A model generated the notes under the pieces. That model had not been told where the DNA came from. It was given only the letters and a program-made list of their open reading frames with translations, and ran no database searches. Below, piece by piece: positions 25,851 to 39,900 of a DNA stretch of 64,000 nucleotides. Each line of letters opens with the position of its first letter. The first letter of the stretch is position 1. The stretch lies in NCBI RefSeq assembly GCF_009914755.1, contig NC_060937.1. One strand, written 5' to 3'. This DNA comes from the human T2T-CHM13v2.0 reference genome, Homo sapiens. The translations under genes were made by a program, and so were the position numbers.

Positions 25851-28800
25851 TTCCATTGCATTCCACTCGAGTGGTTTCCATTCCGTTTCACTCCATTTCA
25901 ATCCATTCCATTCCATTTAAGTCCATTCCATTCCATTCCATTGCATTCCAATCCATTCTGTTACATTCCATTTCGTTCGAGTCCTTTCCTTACATTCCCT
26001 TCAATTCCATTCCACTCTTTCCATTCCATTCAAGTCCATTCCATCCCATTCAATTCCATTCAATTCTATTCCATTCCATTCCATTCCATTTGGGTCCTTT
26101 CCAATCCATTCCATTCAAACCCATTCCATTACTATCCAGTCCTTTCTATTCCATTCCATTCGACTACATTCCATTCTATTTGAATCCATTCCATTCCATT
26201 CCATTTGAGTCCATTCCATTCCATTCCATTCCACTCCACTCCATTCATATCCATTCTAGTCCATTCCATTCCATTTGGGTGCATTCTATTCCTTTCCATT
26301 CCATTCCACTCCAGTCCATTCATATCCATTCCAGTCCATTCCATTCCATTCGCGTCCATTCCATTCCATTCCATTCCATTCAAGTCCATTGCATTCCATT
26401 CGTGTCCGTTCAATTCCATTCCATTCCGTTGGAGTCCTTTCCATTCCATTCCATTCCATTCGAGTCCATTCCATTCCCTTACATTACATTACATTTGGGT
26501 TGATTCCATTCCATTCCATTCCATTCGAGTCTATTACATTCTATTCCATTAAAGTCCATTCAATTCAATTCCATTCCATTCCATTCCACTCGAGTTGGTT
26601 CCATTCCATTATATTCCATTCGAGTCCTCTTCATTCCATTCCATTAGGGTCCATTCCATTCGACTCCATTGCATTCAATACCATTCCTTTTGATTCCATT
26701 CCATTCGAGTCCATTCCCTTCCATTCTGTTCCATTCGAATCCATTCGATTCCATTCCACTCAAGTCCATTCCATTACATTATATTCCATTCGAGTCAATT
26801 CCATTCCATTGCATTCCATTCGGGTCCACTCCATTCGATTCCATGCCATTCGATTCCATTCCATTCAATTCCATTCCATTCGATTCCAGTGCATTTGAGT
26901 CCAATCCATTCCTTCTGAGTCCATTCCATTCCATTCCATTCGTGTCAATTCCATGCCGTTCCAATCGAGTCCATTCCATTCCATTCGTGTCAATTCCATG
27001 CCATGCCATTCGAGTCCATTCTATTCCATTCAACTCCACTCCTTTCCATTCCATTGCATTGTATTCGAGTCCTTTCCATTCCATTCCACTCCATTTCAAT
27101 CCATTCCATTCCATGTGTTTCCATTCCTTTCCATTCCACTCCATTCCATTCCATTCTATTACATTCCATTCCATTCGAATCCATACCCTTCCATTCCATT
27201 CAATTCCATTCCACTCCATTCCATTCAATTCAAGTCCATTCAATCCCATTCGATTCCATTGCATTCCATTCCATTCCATTCTATTCCATTCCATTTTTGT
27301 CCTTTCGAAACCATTCCATTCGAGTCCATTCCATTCCATTCCATTCGAGTCCATTCCATTCTTTGGAATCTATTCCATTCCATTCCATTTCATTCCTTTC
27401 GAGTCCATTCCATTCCATTATTTCGAGTCTATTCCATTCCATTCCATTCCATTCCATTCCTTTCCATTTCAATCCATTTGAGTCCATTCCATTCCATTCC
27501 TGTCCATTCCATTCCATTGCTTTCAACTCCATTCCATTCCATTCCATTCCATTCATTATGAGTATATTCCATACCATTCCATTTCACTGCAGTCCATTCT
27601 ATTCCATTCCATTCCATTCCATTCCATTACTTTTGAGTCCATTCCATTCCATTCCACTCCATTTGAGTAAATTTCATTCCATTAACTTCCATTCCTTTCA
27701 TGTCCATTCCATTCCGTTACATTCAATTCCTTTCGAATTCATTCAATTCTATTCCATTCCATTTGATACCATTCCACTACATTCCTTTGGAGGCCACTCA
27801 ATTCCTCTCCATTCCATTCGAGTACATTCCTTTCTATTCCATTTGAATCCATTGCATTCCATTACGTTCATTTTGAGCCAATTCAATTCCATTCAATTCC
27901 ATTTCATTCGAGTCCATTCCATGCCATTCGAGTCAATTCCTTTCCATTCCATTCGAGTCAAATCCATTTCTTTCCATTCCATTCGAGTCCATCCTGTTCC
28001 AACCCTTTGCATTCGAGTTCATTCCGTTGCATTCCATACTATTCGAGAAAATTCCATTCTATTCCATTTGAGTCCATTCCATTCCATTTCATTGGATTCC
28101 ATTCCATTAGAGTCCATTCCATTAAATTCCATTCGATTCCATCCGACTCCATTCCACTCCATTGGAGTCCATTCCGTTCCATTCCATTCGAGTTCATTCC
28201 ATTCCTTTCCTTTCTATTCCATTCAAGTCCCTTCCAATTCTTTCCATTCCAGTAGATTCCATTCCATTCCTTTCCATTCCATTCCATTCCATTCCATTCT
28301 ATTCCAGTCGGGTTCATTCCATTCCATTTGAGCCCATTCCATTCCATTCGAGTCCTTTCCATTCCATTCCTTTCGAGTCCATTGCATTCCATTCCATTCT
28401 ATTGGAATCCATTCCTTTCCATTCCATATGAGTCCACTCCATTCCATTCTATTTCATTCCATTCCATTCCATTCTATTTGATTCCATTCCATTCCATTCG
28501 AGTCCATTCCTGTCCATTACATTCCATTCGGTTCCATTCCATTCCATTCCATTCGCCTCCATTCAATTCCATTCGATTAAATTCGAGTACATTCCATTCC
28601 ATTCCATTCCACTCGAGTCGATTCCAATCCATACCATTCCATTCGCGTACATTCCATTCCATTCCATTCCATTCGCGTACATTCCATTCCATTCCTTTCC
28701 ATTCGGGTTAATTCCATGCCATTACAATCGAGTCCATTCCATTCCATTCCATTCCATTTGCATCCATTCCTTTCCATTCCATTCCATTCCATTACATTAC

Positions 28801-31800
28801 ATTACATTTCTTTCCATTCCATTCCATTCCTTTCCATTCCATTCCATTCCAATATATCCCATTCTTTCGTGTCTATTCCATTCCATTCCTTTCTGTTCCA
28901 TTCCATTCCATTCCATTATCGTCCATTCTATTCCATTGCTTTAAATTCGAGTACATTCCATTCCATTCCATTCCACTCGAGTCGATTCCATTCTATTCCA
29001 TTCCATTCGAGTCCATTCCATTCCATTCGAGTTCCATCCATTACATTCCATTCGACTCCATTCCATTCCATTCTAATCCATTTCATTCCATTCAAATCCA
29101 ACCCATTCTGGTCAATTCCATACCATTCCATTTGAGTCCATTCCATTCCATTCCATTCAATTCCATTCCATTCCTTTCCATTCCATTCGAGTCCAATCCA
29201 TTCCATCCAATTCCATTGCACTCGAGTTTTTTCCATTCCATTGCAATGCATTTCAATCCATTCCATTGCTTTCGTGTCCATTCCCTTCCATTCCATTCCA
29301 TTCCTTTCCATTCCATTCCATTCTATTACCTTCCATTCCATTCGAGTCCTTGCCCTTCCATTCCTTTGAATTCCTTTCCACTCTATTCCATTCCATTCAA
29401 GTGCTTTCCATCTCATTCAATTCCACTCAATTCCATTCAATTCCATTCCTTTCGTTTTGGATCCTTTCCAATCCATTCCCTTTGAGTTCATTCCATTCCA
29501 TTCGAGTCCATTCCATTCCATTCCATTCGAGTCCATTCCATTCCTTTCGTGTCCATTTCATTCCAATCCATTCCATTCCATTCCGTTTGAGTCCATTCCA
29601 TTCCACACAAGTCCATTCCGTTCCATTCTATCTCATTCCATTCCATTGCTCTCCATTCTATTCCATTCCATTCCATTCGAGTCCATTCCATTACATTATG
29701 TTCGAGTCCCTTCCATTCAATTCCATTCCATTCGATTCCATTCCAGTCCTTTCGGTTCCATTCCATTCCATTCCATTCCATTCGAGTCCATTCCTTTCAA
29801 CACCGTTAGAGTCCATTCCATTCCGTTTTATTAGATTCGAGTCCATTCCATTGTATACCATTCGAGTCCATTCAATTCCATTACATTAGAGTCCATTCCA
29901 CTCTGTTCCACTCCATTCCATTGCATTCCATTTTATACAATTCGCGTACATTCCATTCCGTTAGAGTCCTTTGCATTTCACTCCATTCGTGTGCATTCCA
30001 TTCCATTCCATTCCATTCGAGTCCATTACAGTCCAATCAATTCTTGTGCATTCCATTCCATTCCGTTTGAGTCCATTCCATTCCAATCCATTCCATTACA
30101 TTTATGTCCATTCCATTCATTTCCATTCCATTCGAGTCCATTCCTTTCCATTCCATTCCATTCGACTCGATTTCATTCCTTCACATTGCATTCCATTCTA
30201 GTCCTTTCAATTCCATTACTTACCACTCGAGTTAATTCCACTCCACTGCATTTGAGTCCATTCCATTCTGCTCCTTTCCATTCGAGTCCTTTCCATTCTC
30301 TTCGATTCGAGTAAATTACAATTCATTCGTTTTGAGTCCGTTCCATTTCATTCCATTGCATTCCAGTCTAATCCAATACATTCCATTCTATTCCATTCAA
30401 GTCCACTCCATTCCATTCCATTCTATTCCGTTCCATTCCATTCTCATCCACTCAATTCCATTCATTTCAATTCCATTCAATTCCATTCCATTCTATCTCG
30501 TTCAAGTCCATTCCATTCGATACCATTCCATTCTGTTTCTGTCCATTCCATTGTATTCCATTAAACTCGATTTCACTCTTTCACATTCCATTCCATTCCA
30601 TTCGAGTACATTCCATTCTGTTCCATTCCATTCCGTTTGATTACATTGCACTCCTTTCCTCTCTATTCCATTCGAGTACATTCCATTCTATTCCATTCGA
30701 ATCCATTGCATTCCATTTCATTCCATTTGAGCCAATTCAATTCCATTTCATTCCATTCCTTTGGAGTCCATTCCATTCCATTGGTGTGCATTCCTTTCCA
30801 TCCATTCGAGTCCATTCCATTTCACCCCATTCCATTCGTGTCCTGTCTGTCCCAACCCTTTCCATTTGCGTCCATTTAATTGTATTCAATTCCATTTGGG
30901 TACATTCCATTCTATTACATGCAAGTCCATTCCATTCCGTTTCATTGGATTCCATTCCATTAGAATCCATTCCATTAAATTTCGTTCCATTCCATTCGAG
31001 TCCATTCCATTCCATTCCATTCGAATCCATTCCATTCCTTTCTATTCCATTGAAGTCCATTCCAATTCATTCCATACCGTTAGATTCCATTCCATTTCAT
31101 TCCATTCCATTATGGTTCTTTCCATTCCATTCCATTCAAGCCCATTCCATTCCATTCGAGTCCTTTCCATTCCATTCCATTCAAGTCCATTCCATTCCAT
31201 TCCATTCTGTTCAAATCCATTCCATTCCATTCCATTCGCTTCCATTCCATTCCATTCCATTCACATCCATTCAATTCCATTACATGAAATTCGAGTACAT
31301 TCCGTTCCATTCCGTTCCACTTGAGTCGTTTCCTTTCCATTCCATTCCATTTGAGTCCTTTCCATTTCATTCAAGTTCTTTCCATTCCATTCCATTCGAG
31401 TCCATTCCATTCAATTCCAATCCATTCTATTCCATTACTTTGCAATCGATTCTATTCCATTCCTTTCTAGTCTGTTCAATTCCATTCCATTCTATTTGAG
31501 TCCATACCATTCCATTCGAGTCCAATTCATTGCATACCATTCCATTCCATCCGAGTCCATTCCATTCCATTCAACTCCATTCCGTTCTGTTCCATCTCAT
31601 TCCATTCCATTCCATTCCATTCGAGTCCAATCATTTCCATTACGTTCGAGTCAATTCCATTCTATTCGATTGCATTCCATTACATTCTTTTTGAGTCCAT
31701 TCCATACAATTGCATTCTATTTGACTGCTTTCCATTCCATTCGCTTCCATTACTTTTCATTCCATTCGCGTCCATTCCATTCCACTCCATTCCATTCGGG

Positions 31801-33760
31801 TCCATTCCATTCAACTTCATTGGAGTCCATTCCATTCCGTTGCATTAGATTCGAGTCCATTCCATTTTATAACATTCTTGTCCATTCCATTCCATTATAT
31901 TCGAGTCCATTCCAATCCCTTCCACTCCATATACAATTCGACTACATTCCATTCCAATCAAATCCATTTTTTCACATCCATTCGTGTGCATTCCGTTCCA
32001 CTCCATTCCATTCTATTCGAATCCATTCCATTCCAATACATTCCATTACATTTGTGTCCATTCCATTCAATTCCATTCCATTCTTGTCCATTCCATTCCA
32101 TTCCATTCCAAATCATTCCATTACATTAAATTACAATACTTTCTTGTCCATTCCATTCAATTCCATTCCAATCGCGACCTTTCAATTACATTCCTTTCAA
32201 GTCCATTCCATTCCATACCTTTCCATTCTGTTCCATTCCATTCCATTCTACTCCATTGCATTCCATTCCATTCCATCACATTCCATACCTTTTCATTCTG
32301 TTCCACTCCATTCCATTCGACTCCATTCCATTCCATTCCATTCCATACCATTCCATTCCATTACTTTCCATTGAATTCCATTCTGGTAAATTCAATTCCA
32401 TTCCTTTCAAGTCCATTCCATTCTATTCCATTAAAGTCCATTCCATTCCATACCATTCCGTTCTTTTCTATTTCATCCCATTCCATTCCATTCCATTCCA
32501 GTCCATTCCATTCCACTCCATTCGTGTCCCTTCTATTCCATTCCCCTCGAGTCCATTCCATTCTATTCCATTCTATTCCATTCAGGTCCATTCCATTCCA
32601 TACCATTCCGTTCTGTTCCATTCCATCCCATTCCATTCCTTTCTATTCTGTTCCGTTCCATTCCATTTGTGTCCATTCCATTGCATTTGAGTCCATGCCA
32701 TTCCATTCCATTGCATTCCATTCCATTGCATTCCATTCCATTCCATTGCATTGCATTCCATTCCCTTCCATTCCATTCCATTCCATTCCATTCCATTCCA
32801 TTCTATTCGAGTCCATTCCATTCCGTTCTATTCGAGTCCATTCCATTCCATTCCAATCCATTCCATTCTGGTCCATTGCATTCCATTCCATTCGAGTCCA
32901 TTCCATTCCATTCCATTCCATTCCATTCCATCCCATTCCATTCCATTCCATCCCATTCCATCCCATTCCTTTCCAGTCCATTCAATTTCATTCCATTCCA
33001 TTAGAGTCCATGCCATTCCATTCGAGTCCATTCCATTCCATTCTTTTCCATTCCATTCGAGTCCATCCATTCCATTCGAGTCTGTTCCATTACACTCCGC
33101 TCGAGTCTAAATGTCTTTCAATTCTATTCCATTCATTCCAATTTCATTCCATTCCCGTCCATTCCATTCCATTTGAATCGACTTCATTCCTTTCCTTTCC
33201 ATTCTTTTCTAGTCCATTCCATTCCGTTGCAGTCCATTTGACTAAACTTCATTCCATTAACTTCCATTCCTTTTGATTCCATTCCATTCCATTCCAGTCC
33301 ATTTGACTAAATTTCATTCCATTAACTTTCATTTCATTTGAGTCCATTCCATTCCGTTACATTCAATTCCATTCGAGTCCATTCCATTCCATTCCATTCC
33401 ATTTGATTCCATTCCACTTCGTTCCATTCGGGTAAACACCATTCGTCTCCATTCCATTGAATTACATTCCAATCTATTCCATTCGAATCCATTGCATTCC
33501 ATTCAGTACCATTCGAGCCAATTCCATTCCATTCCATTCCATTCTGTTCAAGTCCGTTCCATTCCATTCAATTCGAGTCAATTCCATTTCATTCCATTCC
33601 ATTGCAGTCCATTCCGTTTCAACCCATTCCATTCGAGACAATTCCATTGCATTCCACTCTATTCGAAATCATTCCATTCTATTCCATTCATGTATATTCC
33701 ATTCCATTTCATTGGATTCCACTCTGTTAGAGTCCATTCCATTAAATTCCGTTCCTTTCC

Positions 33761-33920
33761 ATTTGAGACATTTCCATTCCATTGGAGTCCATTCCATTCC
33801 ACTGCATTCGAGTCCATTCCATTCCATTCAATTCTTTTCCATTCGAGACATTTCCATTACATTGGAGTCCATTCCATTCCACTGCATTCGAGTCCATTCC
33901 ATTCCATTCCATTCTTTTCC
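33761..33920 (+). repeat. 80-bp tandem duplication
   Basis: GAGACATTTCCATT(C/A)CATTGGAGTCCATTCCATTCCACTGCATTCGAGTCC at 33765 and 33845. Confidence 0.9.
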
Positions 33921-36900
33921 ATTCAAGTCCATTCCAGTTTTTCCATTCCATTAGAATCCATTCCATTCCATTGCATTGCATTCCATTCCATTCCATTCCT
34001 TTCCATTCCATTCGGGTTCATTCTATTCCATTCATTCGAGCCCATTGCATTCCACTCAAGTCCTTTCCATTCCATTCCATTCGCGTCCATTACATTTCAT
34101 TCCATTCTATTCGAACCCATTCCATTCCATTCTATTTGAGACCATCCATTCCATTCCATTGCATTCAATTTGTGTCCATTCCATTTGTGTCCATTCCATT
34201 GCATTCCATTCCATTCGTTTCCATTCCATTCTATTCCGTTCGCATCCATTCAATTCCATTCCATTAAATTCGAGTACATTCCATTCCATTCCATTCCACC
34301 CGAGTTGATTCCATTCCATTCCATTCCATTTGCGTCCTTTCCATTCCATTCGACTTCATTCCATTCCATTCCATTCGAGTCCATTCCATTCCTTTGCACT
34401 CCATTCCATTCCATTCCATTCTACTCCATTCCATTCCATTCTATTCCATTCCTTTCAATTCCATTCCATTCCATTCCATTCGTTTCTAGTCCGTTCAACT
34501 CCATTCCATTCCATTTGAGTCCATTCCATTCGAGTCCATTTCAATTGCATTCCAATCCATCTGTGTGTAATAAATTCCATTCCATTCGAGTCCGTTTCAA
34601 TTGCGTTCCAGTCCATTTATGTGCAATCCATTCCATTCCATTCCATTTCTTTAGAGTACATTCCATTCAAATCAATTCCATTCCATTTGAGTGCATTCCA
34701 TTCAATTCCATTCCATTCGAGTCCATTCCATTTTATTCCATTATATTCCATTCCATTCCATTCCTTTACATTCTTGTCCATTCCATTCCATGCCATTCTA
34801 CTCCCCTTCATTCTATTACATTACATTCCTTTGGAGTCTATTCAATTCCATTCCATTCCACTCCAGTCCATTCCTCTCCACTCCTTTCGTGTCTATTCCA
34901 TTCCTTTCCATTCCATTCGAGTCCATTCCATTCTCTTCCATTCGAGTCCATTCCATTCCATTCTATTCACGTCCTTTCCATTCCATTCCAATCCATTCCA
35001 TTCGGGTCTATTTGATTCCATTCCAATCCAATCCATTCTGGTCCATTCAATTATATTCCATTCGAGTCCACTCCATTCCATTCCATTCCATTACATTATT
35101 TTCCAATCAATTCGATGCAATTAATTCCCATTTGAGCCCATTCCGTTACATTGGAGTCCATTTCATTACATTCCATTACATTCCTTTTGAGTCCATTCCG
35201 TTCCATTCAAGTCCATTCCATTTCGTTCCATCTCATTCCAATTCATTCCATTCCATTCCATTTCATTCCATTCCACTCCATTTGGTTCCATTCCTTTCCA
35301 TTCCATTCGAGTCCATTCCATTCCATTCGAGTCCATTCCAATACATTACGTTCGAGTCCATTCCATTCAATTCCATTCCTTTCTATTCCATTCCATTCCT
35401 TTCGAGACCATTCCATTCCATTCTATTGCATTCGCGTCCAACCAATTCTATTCCATTCCATTGCAGTCCAATCGGGTCCATTCCATTCCGTTCCATACTA
35501 ATACGCTCCACTGCATTCAACTTCATTCCAGTCCCTTCCATTCCATTCCATTTCACTCGAGTCTGTTTGATTCCATTCCATTCCATTCGAGTCCATTCCA
35601 TTCAACTCCTTTACATTCAATTCTTTTCCATTCCCTTCTATTCCATTTGATTCCATTCCATTTCATTCCATTCGTGTGTATACCATTCCATTCCATTCCA
35701 TTTGGGTCCGTTCCATTCTATTTCATTTGGGTCCATTCCACTACATTGCATTTCTTTCCATTCCACTCCATTCCATTGCATCCACTCAAGTCGATTCCAT
35801 TCCATTCAATTCCATTCCAGTCCATTCCATTACATTTGAGTACATTCCATTCCATTCCATTCGAGTCCATTCTATTTCACTAAATTTCTTTCAAGTGCAT
35901 TCAAGTGCATTCCATTCGAGTCCATTCCATTCCATACCATTCTTTTCCATTCCTTTCCATTGTATTCCATTCCATTCCATTCCATTCGGGTCAATTCAAT
36001 TCCATTCATTTCGAGTCCATTCCATTCAATTCCATTACATTCAAGTCCCTTTCATTCCATTCCCTTCAGTTCCATTCCATTCCATTAAATTCCTCTCCAT
36101 TCCATTCCATTGCATTCCTTTCGTGTCCATTCCATTCCATTCCATTCTTTTCCATTCACGTGCATTCCATTCCATACCAATCCTTTCCATTCCATTGCAT
36201 TCTATTCCATTCCATTCCATTCGTGTCCATTCCATTCCATTCCTTTCTAGTCCATTCTATTCCATTCCTTTCTAGAACATTCAATTCAATTCCATTCCAT
36301 TCAAGTTTATTCCATTCGATTCGTTTCCATTTAATTCCATTCCATTCCATACGTTTTGAGTCCATTCCATTCCATTCAAGTCCATTCCATTCCCTTACAT
36401 CTCATTCCATTCCATTCCATTCCGTTCCATTCCATTCCATTCCATTCCAATCAATTCGGGTCCATTCCTTTCTATTCCATTCGAGTCCATTCCATTGAAT
36501 TCCAGTCCATTCCATTCCAATCCATTCCATTCCATTTCATTCGAGTCCCTTCCATTCCATTCCATTCTATTGCATTCGAGTCCATTCCATTCCTTTCCAT
36601 TCTATTCGAGTCCATTCCATTCCTTTCCATTCCATTCGAGTCCATTCGATTCAATTCCATTCCATTCCATTCAAATAAGGTCCATTCCATTCCATTCAAT
36701 TCCATTCTAGTATACTCCACTGCATTCAATTTCATTCCAGTCCATTCCAATCCTTTGCATTCGACTCTAATCAGTTCGATTCCATTCCATTCAATTCGAG
36801 TCAATTCCATTCAATTCCATTCCATTTGATTCCTTTCTATTCCTTTCTATTCCATTCGAGTCCATTCCATTACATTCAATTCATGCCCATTCCATTCCTT

Positions 36901-39900
36901 TCCATTCCATTCGTGTGTTTTCCTTTCCACACCATTCTATTGAAGTCCATTACATTCCATTGTATTACATTCTAATCCATTCCCTTCCATTCCATTCCAT
37001 TCGGGTCCATTGATTTCAACTCCATTCAGGTCAATTCCATTCCATTCCATTCGAATCCATTCCATTCCACACCATTCCAATACATTCCATTCACTTGCAT
37101 TCGAGTCCACTCCATTCCATTCCACTCCATTCCATTCCACTCCATTCCATTCCATTCCGTTACATTGCAGTACATTCAATTCCATTCGAATCCATTGCAT
37201 TCCAATCTATTCGTGGCATTCCATTCCAATGCATTCCATTCCTTTTGAGTCCATTCCATTCAAATCCATTCCATTCCATTTGAGTCCATTCCATTCGATT
37301 CCACACCATGCGAGTCCATTCCATTCCATTCCATTCCATTCCATTCCTTTCCGTTCCATTATATTCCATTCCATTCCTTTACATTACATTCTTCTCCATT
37401 CCATTCCATTCCATTGCATTCGACTCCACTGCATTTCATTTCATTCCATTCCACTGGAGTCCATTCAATTCCATTCCATTCCACTCCAGTCCATTCCAGT
37501 CCCCTCCATTCAGGTCCATTCCATTCCTCTCCATTCCCTTCGAGTCCATTCAATTCTCTTCCTTTCGAGTCCATTACATTCCACTCCATTCGAGTCCATT
37601 CCATTACAATACATTCCATTCGAGTCCATTCAGTTCCATTCATTTCGAGTCCATTCCATTCCATTACATTCTATTCCATTCAAGTCCATTCCATTCCATT
37701 CCATAATATTCCTTTCCATTCCATTCCATTCCATTCAGGTCCATTCAATTCCATTCCTTTCCGGTCCACTCCGTTTCATTCCATTCCATTCCATTCCATT
37801 CCATTCCATTCCATTCCATTCCATTCAATTGCTTTCCTTTCGAGTCCATTCCTTTCCATTCCATTCTGTTCCATTCAAGTCCTTTTGATTCCATACGTTT
37901 CCGTTCCATTCCATTCCATTCCATTCGTGTCCATTCCATTCGAGTCCTTTAAATTCCATTACATTCAATTCCAATGAATTCCAGTTCATTCTATTCAAGT
38001 CCATTACCTTCCATTCTATTCGATTCCATTCCATTCCAATCCAATCCATTCCATTCGGGTCTATTCCATTCCATTCCAATCCATTCCTTTCAGGTCCATT
38101 CAATTCCATTCCATTCGAGTCCATTCGATTCCATTCCATTCCATTTAATTACATTCCTTTCTCGTCCATTCCATTCAATTAAATTCAATTCAAGCCCATT
38201 CCATTACATTCGAGTTCCATTTTATTACATTCCATTCCATTCCTTTTGAGACCATTCCGTTCCATTCAAGTCCATTCCATTCCGTTTCATCTCATTCCAT
38301 TCCATTCCATTCCATTCCATTCCATTCCATTCGGTTCCATTCCTTTCCATTCCATTAGAGTCCATTCCATTCCATTCGAGTGCATTCCAATACATTCCGT
38401 TCGAGCCAATTCCATTCAATTCCATTCGATTCGATTCCATTCCATTCCTTTCGAGTCCATTCCATTTCATTCCCTTCCATTCCATTCCATTCCACTCTAG
38501 TCTGTTCGATGCCATTCCATTCCATTCAACTCCATTCCATTCAATTCCTGTCCATTCGATTCTTTTGCCTTCCCTTCTATTCCATTCGATTCCATTCCAT
38601 TCCATTACATTCCAGTCCATTCCATTACATTCGAGTACATTCCATTCCATTCCATTCCATTCTATTCCAATAAATTCCTTTCGAGAGCATTCAATTTAGA
38701 TGCATTCCATTCGAGTCCATTCCATTCTATTCCATTCGACTCCATTCTATTCCATACCATTCCACTTCGTTCCTTTCCATTCCATTCCATTCCATTCCTT
38801 TCTATTCCATTCCATTGTATTCGGGTCCATTCAATTAAATTCCTTTCGAGTCCATTTCATTCAATGCCATTCCATTCAAGTCCTTTATATTCCACACCTG
38901 TCTGTTCCGTTCCATTCTATTACGTTCCATTCCGTTCCATTCCATTCCATTCTATTGATTTCGAGTTCAATCCATTCCATTCCTTTCTGTTCCATTCATG
39001 TCCATTCCATTCCATTCAATTCCGTTCCTTTCCATTCCATTCCATGCTTTTCCATTCCTTTTGTGTTCATTCCATTCCATTCCATTCGAGCCCATTACAT
39101 TCCTTTCCTAACCATTTGATTCCAGTCCATTCAATTCCATTTGATTCGAGTCCATTTCTTTCAATTTTATTAGATTCCTTTCCATTCCAATCCAATCCAT
39201 TCCATTCGGGTCCATTCCATTCCATGCTAATCCTTTAGGTTCCAGTTCTTTCCATTCCATTTTATTCAATTCCATTCCATTCCATTCCATTCTATTTGAG
39301 TCCATTCCATTCCATTCCAATAAATTCCATTCAGGTCAATTCCATACCATTCCAGTCTACTCCATTCGGGTCTTTTCAATTTCATTCCTTTCTAGTCCAA
39401 TCCATTCCATTCCATTCCATTCCATTCCATTCCATTCCATTCCATTCAATTCCATTCCATTCCATTCTGTTCCGTTCCGTTCCATTCCATTCCATTCCAT
39501 TCCATTTAATTCATATCTAGTCCATTCGATTCTATTCCATTCCATTTGAGTCCATTCCATTCCATTCGAGTCCACTTAATGCCATTCCATTCCATTCCAT
39601 TCCATTCCTTTTGAGTCCATTCCATTCCCTTCCTTTAAATTCCATTCCATTCCATTCCATTCCATTCCATTCCATTCGGGTCCATTCCTTTCCATCCTAT
39701 TCGATCCATTCCATTCCATTCGAGTCCATTCTATTATATTCTGTTCCAGTCAGGTTCATTAAATTCCATTCCATTCGATGCCAATCCATTCCATTGCAGT
39801 CCATTCTATTCCACTCGAGTCCTATCTGTTCAATTCCATTCCATTCCAGTCCATTCTATTCAATTTTATTAAATTCGATTCGATTCGATTCCATTCCATT

